DNA of 64,000 nucleotides from Camelus ferus (GCF_009834535.1 NC_045697.1:59026001-59090000), one strand, 5' to 3'. Counted from the stretch's first letter, positions 35,765 through 49,442 are shown. The notes: generated by a model from the sequence alone, not told the origin. Numbers and translations: made by a program.

Positions 35765-38700
35765 CTGAAGTGGGACAAGTGAAAAACAGCAGATGAAAGA
35801 AAAGGGAAGAAAGGAACTCTAAAAAAAATAAAAAATAAAAAAATAAGCTGATCTTCGGCATGGAAAAAGGGTTTCATAGAAAGCAGTCATTGTAATGAGG
35901 CTGCTCATCATTTTCACATGATGTCTTTATCCCAAAAGAGCTCAGAGGACTTTGGATTTGATCTTGCAATTTCAATACACATGTGACTGCTTGAGAAAAC
36001 TAATAATTCTCTCAAAATATTCTCTTTGAAGGCACCAAAAGCAGGATATAATTATGTGTCCCGATGGAATGATCACTTGACTACACCCTGGAATAACCCG
36101 TGCCCTTGGCAAAGAATGGAAACTCGGTATTATTTTCACAGAGAGAAAACAGATTGAAGCAGTCATTGTGTAAAGTCCAGGGAGACAGTAAAACTATCTG
36201 TACATATATCAGTAGTCAATACCGTGAGTAAAGTTTACCAAGAGCCTAAGAATTCTATTCTTCTATAAATCTGGTCATTTAATAAATAATCTCTGAAGGG
36301 ATTACTCAGAATAAGAGTTGGTCCATTTTGTGTGTTTTTTAAATCAAATTTTAGCTAAGGAACAGAAAATCTCTACTTCTGTAAGAGCTCCCAAATTCTG
36401 CACATCTTAGTAACTGGGCAGCAAGACAGACTACCTGGAATGTTTTATAGACCTTAACCTTCCCTTGACTTTTTCATATTCAATAAGCAGAAGACCCTTT
36501 CACAATATATTGCATTTATATCTGATTAAAGGTTAACCAGTGCATATACATTCAGCATACAATTTGTGCTATGTACCAAGTGCCAAAAATAATAACTTAG
36601 ATCCCAAAATGAATGAGCTCCTTATATATGTAAAACTGCTTGCAAAGGAGAAAAACAGATAAATTAACATAATTCGTTCTTTCCTCAATATCCTTGGCAG
36701 CAGAGAACAAAACCCCCCACTGGTAAAAAGCTGTTCCATCTGCCATCCAATTGCAAGAACAGCTCGCTTTCTTGGAAAGATGATTTATGGGACAACCAAA
36801 CCATAGCTTTCATTTTGGGGGGCGATGGAAGATTGTGGTAGTGAGGTTTTAGTGAAAAATGTCCATATACTGCCTAAGTACACTGGTGACAACTTCTAAA
36901 AGCCAATACTCTGAACCAATGAATTATCAGCAATCTACCTTTCTTTTCCTTCTAACGTCATTAAAACATGAGATTTTATTCTTATCTGAAGACACTGCTA
37001 TGCTAAACATGATTTATTAGAGTTCTGTAATAAGGAAGAGATTTTTTTAGTAGGATAAATGATCATTGCTACATAGCAATATGGAAGCATTATGGTGGAG
37101 GCAATTGTCTTGCTAATTTTCACACGTAGACAAGGAGTAGATAAGGTGCGAGTAACATACTCCAGCCTTTACTTTCCAGCGTTTTAATTTGTAGAGGATT
37201 GGTAGAGGAGAAAAGGAAAAAAAAAAAAAGGTGTTTAAATGACCTGACCCAAATCCCCACTGTACAACAGTAGCAGAGCCAAATTAGGGTACCAGATGTC
37301 CTGACCTCAGATATTGAACTACATAGTGGACCAAGCCATCTCTTAATTTACTGAATTCAAATAGATTTCCAGAAAAGTAATTGACAGATGTGACTTTCCT
37401 ATTTCCTCCCCTCTGTAAAATCAATTAGAAATGAGCAACATTTAAAGCTTTACATTTTCACAAATCAAAATATTTGGACCTTAATTTACTTTGAGGCCAT
37501 ATAATTTGAAATATTCTTTTCTCTACATGTGCAGCAAAAATATAATTAAAGAACTTGCTAAATACATACTTTATTTGGAAGAAAAATAAAGCAGAAAGGC
37601 AAAATAGTATTGTTTTCTACTGCATTATCTTTTTAAATAAAATAGTGAACTGTAATACCCTGTTGCCAACCCAATAATGATTGTGGAAATTCCTCCCTCC
37701 TTGGCTTCATGACCTTCAGAACTGCAATCTAATTGAAGAGAGGAAGGTTTCAGAAACCATTCTAAGACAAGGTAAATCTTCAGAACTATTATTTCCATTC
37801 AGTTTTACATGTGCGTTTTCATTTTTCTACTTTACGGACTCCATTAATCTCTCATTTTCAACGGCCCCCATTTTTAATTAAAGTACTAGTTTTGCAGACC
37901 TTATTTGTATTACTGGCTGATACCTTCACTGAGGGTTTCTATTTTCTTGGGAATTTCAAATGCAGTTATGTTGCCAGAATGAATTAACACACTAGCAGCT
38001 GACTGAGGTGAATGAACAGGTTAAGCACAGTAAGGGTCCCCTAAGGAAGTCTTAAAAACATTAAAGTATGAATACACAAACATTTTCCTGTCATTTACAG
38101 TGAACTTCAAGGTGCATGAGAACAACGAGCAACAGTTAAGATAGGACCCTTCCTCCCGCCCTCTCTGCACTGCCACCCTTCCAGGGAAGTGCTGGTGCTT
38201 CCCAGTCATCCTTCCACTCTCAGGAGCAGTGTCAGAGTGGAAGACTCTGCTCTCCCTCCATCCCGTATCTGTTCCCCTCAAAGGAGAGGAAGACTTGGGT
38301 GAGTCATATACTCAATCTGAGCATAGTAACAAATGTTAACGATCACACTCCTATGTAGGTCCCGGCCTGGGCTCCTTCCCTTTTCACAGACCACAAGGCC
38401 CACAAGCACCTTTTCCTTCCCACTAGGAAGAGTCACTAGGACAAGCCTTGAGCTTGCTTTCAGAGAGATCTTGATTCTCCAGCTTATCCTTCTACAAATG
38501 GGTGGGTGAGACCATTTCAGGGGAATAGTTTGAAACGCTATTTTTTCACTCAAGGTGCATCCTCTTAAATTAGCTTCGATGATTCCAAAAAGTTTGATCT
38601 TAATTTCCCAATTGGTTTCTAAATGAGACAGAGCAAAGGGTGTGATTAGTGTGTACTACTCAATCCCCAACCAATGGGATAAAAAATTAAATTGCTAATT

Positions 38701-39009
38701 ATCCAATTTCTTGACTACAGAACTCACCCTTCAGTAAAATATGGTATATATCTTAATTGCACTATAAATTTTTTAGTATTATATTACATTTATATACAAA
38801 ATATATCATTTTTCATCCATATTGTTTCCATACTTTTGGTAACACCTATATTGTTTGCATACTTTCATATTTCATATCCATTCATTGATATCCATAAACA
38901 TATTTGTCGCAGAATGAATAACTCATCAGTTTTCTTTCAATATAAAAGTCACTAATATTAAAACATTAAAATATAGCAAATAACAAAATAGTTTTATAAA
39001 AAGCACAAT

Positions 39010-39500
39010 CTTTAAAGATTCCTGTTTAAATTCCGGCTCGACGACTCATTTGAAATGTGAATTTGGGCAAGGTATTTAATATCCTTAATCCCTATTTTCC
39101 TAATCTGTGAAATAAGAATAAAAATCCTACCTAGTAAATTTGAATGTGAGGTTGAAAACAATACCTCAGAATAGTGTCAGGTAATTAATCAATGACCAAT
39201 ATATTTTAGATATTGTCATCTTCATATGGTAATCATCATATATAACCATTTTTCATTATTATATTAATATTCAAAAATACATTTCCTGGCTTATGGTAGA
39301 AAATCTTTACAACTATGATTCTGTTTTTTTCTTTCTCACTTTGGCTACTAATTGTTTGACATCCAGCAAGTCATCTTTTCATTGAGTCTCAGTCCCTGCA
39401 TCTAGAAACTGATGCTTTAAAACCTGCAGAATTTTGCACACAGGGATTCAATAATGAATATTAAGTGGTCAGCACAGAGTAAGCATTAAACAGATATTAT
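39010..39500 (+). mobile_element. Two MIR fragments
   Basis: TGTGAATTTGGGCAAGGTATTTAATATCCTTAATCCTATTTTCCTAATCTGTGAAAT (~39055) and CAGCAAGTCATCTTTTCATTGAGTCTCAGTCCCTGCATCT (~39365). Confidence 0.6.
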
Positions 39501-39635
39501 TTCCCATCCTCCCTTCCCTTGACCAAAGGAATGAGTTGTTTTCTTTACAGCAGATTGCCAATGGTAGTTGTAGCCTTTAAACTTCATCTGATCTGAAGAC
39601 AGAATTTCTTTGCCCTTTAAAATAAAGTCCTTGAC

Positions 39636-39740
39636 GGGAGGGAAGCAGCTCAGTGGTAGAGTGCGTGCTTAGCAGGAACAAGTTCCTGGGTTTAATCCCA
39701 AATACCTCTATTAAAAATAATAATAAAACAAAATAAAATA
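39636..39740 (+). mobile_element. tRNA-derived SINE, Vic-1-like, more diverged copy
   Basis: GGGAGGGAAGCAGCTCAGTGGTAGAGTGCGTGCTTAGC...CCTGGGTTTAATCCCAAATACCTC followed by an A-rich tail. Same architecture as the 9309 copy, with a degenerate B box. Confidence 0.85.
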
Positions 39741-39759
39741 AAGCTCCAGAAAATAGATG

Positions 39760-39935
39760 CACACATGGGGGATGAGGAATTGACTGGAAAGAGGCACCAG
39801 GAAACTGTCTAGGTGATGAGAAGGTTCTAAATCTTGTTTTAGACGATGGTCACACACGTTGTATATAACTGTCAAAAATAACTGAAGAGAACACTTAAGA
39901 GGTCTGCATATTTTATGTTAATTATGCCTCAGTTT
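39760..39935 (+). mobile_element. L1MB/L1MC-like 3' end
   Basis: GAATTGACTGGAAAGAGGCACCAGGAAACTGTCTAGGTGATGAGAAGGTTCTAAATCTTG...AATTATGCCTCA. Confidence 0.75.
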
Positions 39936-41016
39936 TTTGTAAAACTCAGGCTAATCCAGGAGTTAGAAAACAAAAGACTTTATAAAACAATACATGTTTT
40001 CTTCCATGAACCATTTATTATTAAATGTTTATCAAAAATTTTGAACTAGTAGGCAACATTGAAAATCTAGGAAAATGCACATGGAAATCTAGATGCCCTA
40101 TTTCTCCTAAAAATCAGAAGATCTGATGAAGGCACATCTCCTCAAGGCAACAATCATTAAAGGTGAATAAAAGCTAAACTTTTGGAAAGTTTGTCCCAGA
40201 CCTTATCAACTCTAGCATTTCCTACACCAACCACACATACTTATGTAAACAGAAGCCTCACCGATGTTATAATCATTCTATGACACCATATATAATGTAG
40301 GTATTTTGTTACTTTAAACTTGCTCTCCTCAGAAGGGGTACAAGATGCTACATAAGTTCTATAACTATATAGTAATGTAGAAATTCTATTACACGTATCC
40401 TACCACTGAAAACCCAAATGTAGATTAAAACTCATTTTTCCAAGGAAGATAAACACAATTTAAGTGTTGTAACTAAAGTATATCCTGTTTATTATAGACT
40501 TAAAGTAAGATAGCTGAAAAAGGCATTTGCAACATCTGCTGTTTCAAAGAATTAAGTGCTCCAAATCATTCCTGCAAATGGTTTACACAAGACACAAGAC
40601 TTATGATTGGTAACAAACACTGGGTGTTTGATTTTGAATAACAGAATCTGTCTTCAGAATTTAATAATTTAATCTTGTCTTGTAACTTAATAAATCTGAC
40701 CCGGAACTCTGCTTTCTCTGCCTACAACTTGAGCAGAATCCAAAGACAAAGGATTCTATGGTTGGCACCAGTGTTGCACTGTTGAAACTGATTCACTTCC
40801 AAGACTGTCAGGATCACTTCACGTGACTCCTAAGATGGGAAAAGCCGTCCTATCAAAAGTCCATGACGCTCCGAGATTTCGGCAAGCACTCACTATAGCA
40901 GTAATACTTGTTTATGAGATTTAAATCAGTAAGAAGACACCCAAGAGAAGTTGTATCAAGGTCCTGTGGAGCTTGTTAAAACAGACATTATCAGAAACAT
41001 GTTATTACAAAGAAGC

Positions 41017-41020
<4 letters not shown>

Positions 41021-41052
<32 letters not shown>
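41021..41052. repeat. (CA)16 microsatellite
   Basis: Direct reading. Confidence 0.95.
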
Positions 41053-41054
<2 letters not shown>

Positions 41055-42219
41055 TAACTTCACCTAAAACAAAAATCTGAAGAAGCACAAGAAGAAAGCA
41101 CTAACAAGCATACAAAAGCCAGAAGACGTTCATACACTACTAAGTGTGATCAAACACAAAGTAAAAAGCCTCAGCCACAAAGCTTCAAAATTAAATTTCT
41201 GAAAAAAGGCCTCCTCACTGTTTGTAGCAATTCAGGAGAGTCTTCCAGTAGCACAACCCAAAGAGGGTGGGGCATTTAACCACTTTACCCAGTAACATAA
41301 ACAAACAAGCGGGAAGCCCCCTGACCTGCAGTGCAAGGGGAGAGTTTCATCTACCAGAGTGCAGTGGGAATTCCCAGCAGAGCTGCACGACTATTGGATT
41401 AAAATCAAATGCATTGCACTACAAAACGAGAAACAAGGATTGAATCAATTACCTGAAGGCAAAAACCAATCCCATGACGAGGTCTTTACCACTATGAATG
41501 CAGCAGAAGAGCCAGGCAGGAGGGCTACCGCACAAAGATTCCACAATTATCAGCAGCAGCTACACAAACAACATTGTGGCTCTATTTACCTGGAGAGCCT
41601 GTCACATCTGTGCACAGCAGCCACAGCTGCTACCCAAGCACAGAATGAACATGTTCACACCCTTGAAAAAACAAGCTATCTATTATCATCTGCTGATTCT
41701 GAACATGATGCCTGTTAATACAGCAGAGAGTCTGTGCTGTGGTTGAACTGTGATTTTTGCAAGGTTTAATATTATCTTTATTTTTCCACCACATCCATGT
41801 TTTATGGAACCATCCAAAACTGGTGTGCACTCTTTAAAATTTATTAAACTAAAATGAGGGAATCAAACTACACTAGATAGCCTGTGGAACCATTCATAAA
41901 ATTCACCACAAATCCCTTACTTTAAAACCCTGAGAACGAAAGCTGCGCTAACCTTAAAAAATCCCACATTTCACACATTTAAGGATGCAACCTGAAATGT
42001 AAAATATATACACATCTCAGTAATTGGTCTTTATTGTAAAAGTGTAAGACTCCAAACAATCAAAGAAAATGACAGATTTAGTCATGTAACAGTACTTTTC
42101 TAGAAACAGTTTCTGTCACAAGTATTTTCAGGTGAAAATCACAAATAGGACCATTTAACATTAAATTTACCAGTGCTGGAAAAAAAAAAAAAGACTGGAT
42201 AAATTCAACTTTATCAGTA

Positions 42220-42490
42220 TTAACTTAATAACTGTCACTATTTGGATAACATTTACCATGTTCAGGGCACCATTCTAAGCACTTCACATGCAGTAAGTTA
42301 TTAATCTTTAAAACAACCTATAAAGGAGACACTATTATTATTCCCAATATTCAGAGGAGGAAGTTTATTACAGGAAGACAAAGTGATTTTTTTCCCCCTA
42401 GGACCACAGAGCTAGTAAAAGCTGAAGCTGGCCTTTCAAAGTAGGCATTCCATCTCCCAGGCTCTGAGAATCTAACTACCACACAACTAG
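42220..42490 (-). mobile_element. MIR SINE
   Basis: GGCACCATTCTAAGCACTTCACATGCAGTAAGTTATTAATCTTTAAAACAACCTATAAAGG...CCCCTAGGACCACAGAGCTAGTAA. Confidence 0.7.
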
Positions 42491-43499
42491 TATCCACACT
42501 GCTCTCCCAAGAAGTGAATACCGTATGTGTTAACTCCATACAGGAAAGTTATAAACTTGGATAGCTACATGAGTTGATATTCTAAAATAAACTAACTTAC
42601 TTTTTAAACGCTTATTAGAATTTATACATCTAGGGAATGTGAGTCCTTATAACTCACCTTAAAAATGTATGCAATACTAATAGAGCACAATTTCAATTAA
42701 TTTACAAAAGGGTACTGGAACCCCTCTTTCAATTTAGCACCTCTGTTAGACTAAAGTTTTCGGGGTCCTTATGAGGTTCATATTACATGTTATAGTATAC
42801 TGCTATCTGTGGAGAGTAGATTTCATTTATTGAAAAGTTAAATTTATTTTGAGCCAAGCCAGGTGAATAAAGTGACAAAGAAATAGTTCATACTTTTTTT
42901 TGGCAAAACAGTGGGATGTACTTTCTTATCCATTACTGGTTATAAAGATAATTCCAATGAGAAGTTTCAAAAATGATTTAGCAATATCCTGATCACTAGA
43001 ATAAGAGTAAAGTCTTCCAAAATGACCATTTTCAAAAATTGCCTTATTTGCATTAATTGTCCTAATTCTGGAAGTTGGGTTTTTAAAATCACATTATCTT
43101 GTAGTTATATCTCATAATCGAACACGAATAACAAGTTGGAATTTTATTTTATGGATATTTTTAACCATTATTAAAATGCATAATGATATATGCTAGCAGT
43201 TTTTGAAGCCCTGAATAATAAAAACTCAACAAAACATTAGAGGTAGAATTAAATTTTATAAAAAAGACCTGTAACTAAAGGAATTTTTTTCAGTGCTAGG
43301 CAAAAGAAAGAAAAGGAAGGAAGGAAGGAGAAAAGAGAGAAAAAGAGAGAAAATATAAGGTTGTTCAAGAAGAAGTAAACAATGCTTAGTTCCACAAACT
43401 GTTCAACTTTTAATAAAACATCCCCTATACATATTTGTCAGATAAAAACACACAAGGACAGGATGTAATTAAACTGTTTGCTTCAGAGTCTTCACTAGC

Positions 43500-44010
43500 C
43501 TTCACTTCGCTGTCTTGAGCTCTGGATAGTCTCACTCTCCAAGCAAACAAGTGGCCTCCTCTTGCTATTCCTTCATCTCTTCCCTTCATTATTCTCACCC
43601 TACTATTACCCATCATCACCCTTGTAATAAAATCCTCCTACTCTAGGAAACAAAGATTCATCCAGTCTTATCTCAAACATAATCTTCTGCCACTTTTTTC
43701 TCTCAATTTACAACTGCAATAATTCCAAGCACTTTTGAGTGTCATCTACTTTAAAGAAAACTCCTTTAGACCACAGATTATGATATAATCTTTATATTGT
43801 AATCCAAGAGTCAAGTAGGTAATTACTCCCCAGTGTTTAAGCTTAATAGCTATCTTCAAAGAAATTTCTAGGCATGTATTTCTTGCCTCTACCAATCTTC
43901 ATCTGTTAAGTTTCCGAAGGTCAAATTCTGGACTTTCCTTCTTCAAAAAAATAATAATAATAATAAAATCTCTAGCAGTAAGAACTAAATAAATTTATTA
44001 CACAAGTATT
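43500..44010 (+). mobile_element. L2 remnant
   Basis: AACAAGTGGCCTCCTCTTGCTATTCC...TCTCTAGCAGTAAGAACTAAATAAATTTATTACACAAGTATTTGCAGAA. Confidence 0.45.
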
Positions 44011-47000
44011 TGCAGAACTATTCATGGCTTATAATTTTTGACACTTTTCCTATTGTTGTTATTGTTTTTGTTATTTCAGATTTGTCCTCATCAACAGACA
44101 AACTGAGATTTGTTCTTACTCCTAATATTCAAAGAAATCTCTCTTTCTCTACCAAAGTTGCTTATCTGGCTATTTCACCACTAGGGGAGTAAGAGGAGAC
44201 AAAGAATCAAAAAGAGTTATCTGCTGGCCCTTTGGGGAGAAAGAAATTTTTATACCAGTTAAGAAGGTTGTAAGTGAATTTAAAATATTGACACAAGATT
44301 GGCAGCTGTTCACATTCTGCCTGAAAGGTTTATGACTGGCATGGACTCCCAGCAGCTGCTCGTTTGAAACGTGAGAAAACATTTGGACAGTTAGGATAGC
44401 CTGATTTTCCCCTTAAAATCTGTTTGGCAAAACTTCCTGGCAGTTAATTTGATCCCTGTGAAAAAGCTTTAAAAAAAAAAAAGTGTTCACATCTCTTCAC
44501 AAAACTTGTTTTGCCAGTAGAGACAGTATTTTTTAAAGTAGTATTTTCACGTCACAACCTTTTTATCGCTGGCTAATACTGTTCTTCATTTAGTCAATAC
44601 AAATGCCAAGTGAATGACAAAGCATGTTTTTATAGGAAAATAATTAGATGGTCCATAGTGAAATATCTTTAAGAGATGATCAGTATCCTCCATGAAAGTT
44701 CATTTTCTTACACCAAGTTGAGATTAGAACAGAGACCAGGATCTATGGCTTTACCAATGAGTACAAAATCTTTATTAAGAAACTACCTTAACAATGCTGA
44801 GATCTGAGAACTTGTTCTTAAGCATTAGGGCAAATGTGCAGGATCAGTCCAAACATCTTAACTGAATTCTGTAACAGTCACAGAATGAAACCCAGTATGA
44901 GCCATCTCATTCATCCGTGCACTCTGCATTAAATAACCAGTGCCCAGGGATGTCTGATTTGTGTACTCAACTTTTATAATCATTTTCTAAACATTACCTC
45001 TCCTTAATGGGTGTCCCTCTCTCACTTTAACTGCCTTCCTCTCACTCACCTTCGTATGTCATGGCCTCTGCAGTGCTACCCCTTACCTAAGGCAGAGCAA
45101 TCTAAGGATACTGATTTATGATGGCCATGTAATTTACACTTTCTGCAATTTTCCTGTATGATTTATTCAAAAAAATAGATTGTACATTAAGCTTGGCATT
45201 CATTAGGCTGGCCCATTCCAGTTTCATATTAATCCTGTATCAGATTGTTTGGAAGATTTATGCATTTAGAGCATGTATATTTGTTTTACAGGTTTTAAAG
45301 CATTTGCAAAATGATAGTAACCCTTTAGAAACATATGCATTGAAACACTAAATGAAGACCATGACACGGGTAACTTGAGATTAAATAGAGGTAAAATACT
45401 GGCATTATACATGAGAATGAGCTACTCAGTCAGTGAACATGACTTTTAAGAAGTTGTTAAATTTCAATTAAATAAATTTTCTTTCATTAAAATAAAGTAA
45501 GAGAACTATCCAGTATTAATAAGTATAAGCTGAATGTATTCTTAAACCTATAAAAAATCCACTCTTCCACAAGATGCTATGCTTGTCAAAAAAAAGAAAG
45601 CTGGATCTCAATATTTGATGATAAGACAATAAGCAAAAACCTGAAAGGTAATAATAATAATAATAATATTAATAATAAAGGATACCATATACATTTTCTA
45701 CTATAAACACTAAAATTTTCTTGGTAACCATTTAAGAAATCACATCTATTATGCTGGATTTGCCAATGAACAGTGAAATTGTTCATTATTAAGCTTTTGC
45801 CAATAATTGAGAAAATATACAACATAAATCTTTGAGGAAAGTTATCCAGATTCTTAACAATAGCCCTCACGAACATCAAAGAAAAAGGAGTCTTCAGGTC
45901 ATCTCTGACACAGGCGGCTTTATTTCATATAACCAAAACTGAATTTAAATACACCCAACGCCCCTCATTTGCTCAAGTTGATACTGACTCCGAAAGTAAA
46001 ACAAATCTTTCCAAAGATGTAAAGTTTTCAGCAAAAGGTGGCAATATTGTGTATAAATTGATGCCTCTAATTCCATACCTGACTTTACAGCAAATTGCCA
46101 GCAAACTGATCATCTGAGTCAGCACTTACATCTCATTTCCTTTATTTCTAGAATAAGAAGGAAATTAAATGAGGATGCTGACAAAAACATGGGTTTTCAT
46201 TTAAGACACCAGCAGAGAAGAACACGATCAAGGACATTTCAATAAGGAGAACCTGACATTACACAAATGAGTTCTGTGAGAGTGTCCCTGACACAGCTTC
46301 ACAATGATGCTGTATAAATTAATATTTATACTTATGCTTTGATTGCAATATATGAAGTGTCACTTTAATGTTCTAAACAGTGATATACCATGGAATGTGA
46401 CACATCACAGAAAATGGGAAAAAAAGACAGGGAGGCTGTAAACAGTGGGAGAAAGACGAAGAACTTGTAATTTGTAATTTAAAATAATCATTTTCTTAAT
46501 AATTTAATCATAAATAAATTGTATCACATATTCAAAAGCAAGCTAAATGTTCCATATGTAATGTGCTTATTATCATGAATGGAGAAAAGTGGACTCCAGT
46601 ATGTGTGTGCACTAAAGTTATTTCAAAATATATGATTACTCTAATGGTTACAGATTTTTGATTGCTCACTCAATAAACTACAAAAACAAAAGCCAACATC
46701 TGATTAAGTTATGGTCGCCTATAATAAATCATTGGAAGTCATTTATTTGGAAATGGAACCCTTTATAACCTTCCCTATTATTAAAACATATCAATCTAAT
46801 AAGTTTAATTTTCAACACAGATACTGCTTTTCCCTTCCTGTCAAAATGTACAATGGGGTATCTACTGAATACAAGTAATTAATTTTTAACTACAGAAGTA
46901 AAGAACTCCGCTATTTAAGGATTTAATTTTATTATTATTTTTAATGTAGCGATGGTTGTCCTGATGATTATTATTTGGCTGAATGAACTGAAGTACGGCT

Positions 47001-47807
47001 CCCCGGGCAGCTGCTGACATAATGACTGATTGTGTGCAGAGCTGAGAATGTGAATGATAAATTCTGAAAGGCTCTGGAATTCGTGAATAACAAAAGTAGC
47101 TACAGTTCCTAAAATCTAACCATTTGTTCTCCACAACAAAAGAAGACTCAAAGGCTTTTGTTTAATGAAATGATTCAAAAACAGGATACAGAGGAATTAG
47201 GGGTTATCTCTCCCAGCACAATACAGTGAGCAGCTTGTCCGCCCAAGTAGATGGCTCACAAATGCAAGCTGGTTAACACGGTATAAATGGAATTAATCTG
47301 ATTCTATCCCCCTTAATGTTATTATTGATATTCTCACGACAGCTTTCTTAATATCTTCTTGCTTTTGCCAAAAAAAAAAACCAAAAAACACATAGACGTA
47401 GGAACCATTTAAATAACTTCTGCATAGACAGCTTAATGATTAATTCCAGAATATTTAAGAATTAGAACACATACTCAAATTCGTCTGCAACAAAAGTGCC
47501 ATAAATTACCAAAAATTTATTTTTTTTGAATTGCTGGAGTTCTTGGCTCTGATATGCACCAACTATGTGAGCTTGAGGAGCTGGTTCTTCTTACACGTTT
47601 CCATACGTGTAAAATGGCTACTAGAAGGATTATACAAGATTCTGCAAACAAAACACATAGCAGAAGGCCTGGCAACTGATAAGGTTTCTAGCACTGGATG
47701 GTGCTGCTGCTGCTGGGAATAGTGGTATGAGTACCAAGGAGCATTCCAGAGGGCATCACCTTATTTAACCCTCACAAGAAACTCCTAAGTTAATTAAAGC
47801 AGACCCT

Positions 47808-48419
47808 TGAAGTGTGGCAGAGTATACACCTCAAAATACGACTACAGGAGTTCAGGACATCTCACCCCAAATGATGCTGCCGTGGAACGTGGGGTGCCCA
47901 CGTGGAACACCGATTACTGGGAGCTGCAGGCCCAGCAAAACAGCCACTGCAGGGAGAGGCTTTCTCTGAACTTCCCTCATCTACAAAAAGACAGACCCTC
48001 CAGGAAGAACTCAGTGTCATAAACCCCTTCCTGGGACTTTGATCATAAGGAAAGATCAACACTTGTCACAGAAGAGACCAGAAGTTGACACCACACCCAA
48101 ACACTCTTTGTCACAAACTATCATACCTCCTTCCATCTGTCCTTCTAAAGGCCCATTCTTCTCTCCTAAAAATCCCCTGCTCTCCCCAGCATGCAGGCCT
48201 GCACCCCTAGCCTTTCTTTATGAGGGTGGTATTCAAGACAGAATTCTAAGCCACCTCAGGGAGTTACTACTCATTCTTCCTAAGTATCTCCCATGGATGC
48301 ACGAGGGATACATGTTAATAAACTTCCTTTGTTTTTGTCTTGTTAACCTGTCTTTCATTACAGGGGTCTCAGCTAAGAACTCAGAAGGGTAGAGGGAAAA
48401 ATATTTTTTCTCCCCTGTA
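47808..48419 (+). mobile_element. ERV1-class solo LTR (MER34/MER39-like) inserted in a MIR
   Basis: Starts TGAAG, contains GGAGTTCAGGACATCTCACCCCAAA and AATAAA (~48317), ends AGAAGGGTAGAGGGAAAAATATTTTTTCTCCCCTGTA. 4-bp flanks are CCCT/TCCT. MIR-like sequence lies on both sides (TTTAACCCTCACAAG / CCTCACATCAGAAATGAG). Confidence 0.8.
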
Positions 48420-49289
48420 TCCTCACATCAGAAATGAGAGAATGGAGTCATCTGACTGAGGTGAAAGACAAGGTTCTGCCTCACTCAAAAGCCCTCCTTT
48501 TCCCCAGGACTCATTTTCCCTGTGCCGTCAATGAAAGGGGTATGATTCCAGTGAAAAACAGAGGGAAGAAAATTCATCTGTTGGGAATAAAAACTGTACC
48601 CTAACGCTCTACAAAAATTCAAAGTAGAAACTAAACACGCAGCAGACTTTTATCATCACCATTAATAAATTAGAAGTTAACTTTCCGTGTTTTTGTTTTT
48701 TCCTATAGGTTTCCAAGGTACATATAAACATCCCCATTCCACTGACAAAGGCTTGAAACGTGTGATTTGGCATATATTACCTAAGACATAGAGCCAGACT
48801 CATGAACTGACTCAGTGCGATTGAAGGGACACCAAACACATCTCTGTTATCTCTTCAGTAATGGTCTTCAAGGTAGCCATTCAGAGGTCAGAATTATCCA
48901 TTTTATCCAGGAAATAGAATAACTGTACAACAAACTGTTACCTATGCAGTCAAAGAGCACAACAAGCAATATCAATTACAGTGCTGCACACTGATCCACT
49001 GTTTCTATGTTACTTATGGTCTCTTAAGGAGACGTCAGGGGAATGTCAACTGCTATCAAACCAATCTTCCCTCTTTGAAATGCCTTGGCTAGAGTTTTGA
49101 AATCATATGAATGTATCAAATATACCAGCCTAATGCATCTCTAACTACATAAATATAAGTAATGTAACTTTAAAGTAATGAGCTAAAGAATAGACATAAA
49201 TTACATATTTGAGCACTGCTACTTTGACAAAGTAATATTTTATAAACATAATTTAACAAGCTTTGCTTTGTGTAAAGCAAGCTACTTAC

Positions 49290-49442
49290 CTTTAGAAATA
49301 CAGGTACACAAAATCTTATCTTATAATGATAATTTATTTTGGAAATATGACAATCTTCATTTCCAAATGAAGTTTCAAGTAAAGCCTTTTGCTATTTACA
49401 CTTTCTCAAGACACTGTTTTGACATGAAGTAATCTTGGTTTT
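49290..49442 (-). other. Candidate 153-nt non-coding exon
   Basis: Acceptor ggtctccttttcccag|AAA and donor AAG|gtaagt; stops in all three frames. Confidence 0.3.

Noticed and set aside
46961..47046. TGATGA...CTGA resembling a C/D snoRNA
   Set aside because: The C box lacks the leading purine, there is no terminal stem, and it is antisense to the inferred host transcript.
48039..48392. 117-aa plus-strand ORF
   Set aside because: It lies wholly inside a solo LTR and shows no gag/pol/env resemblance.
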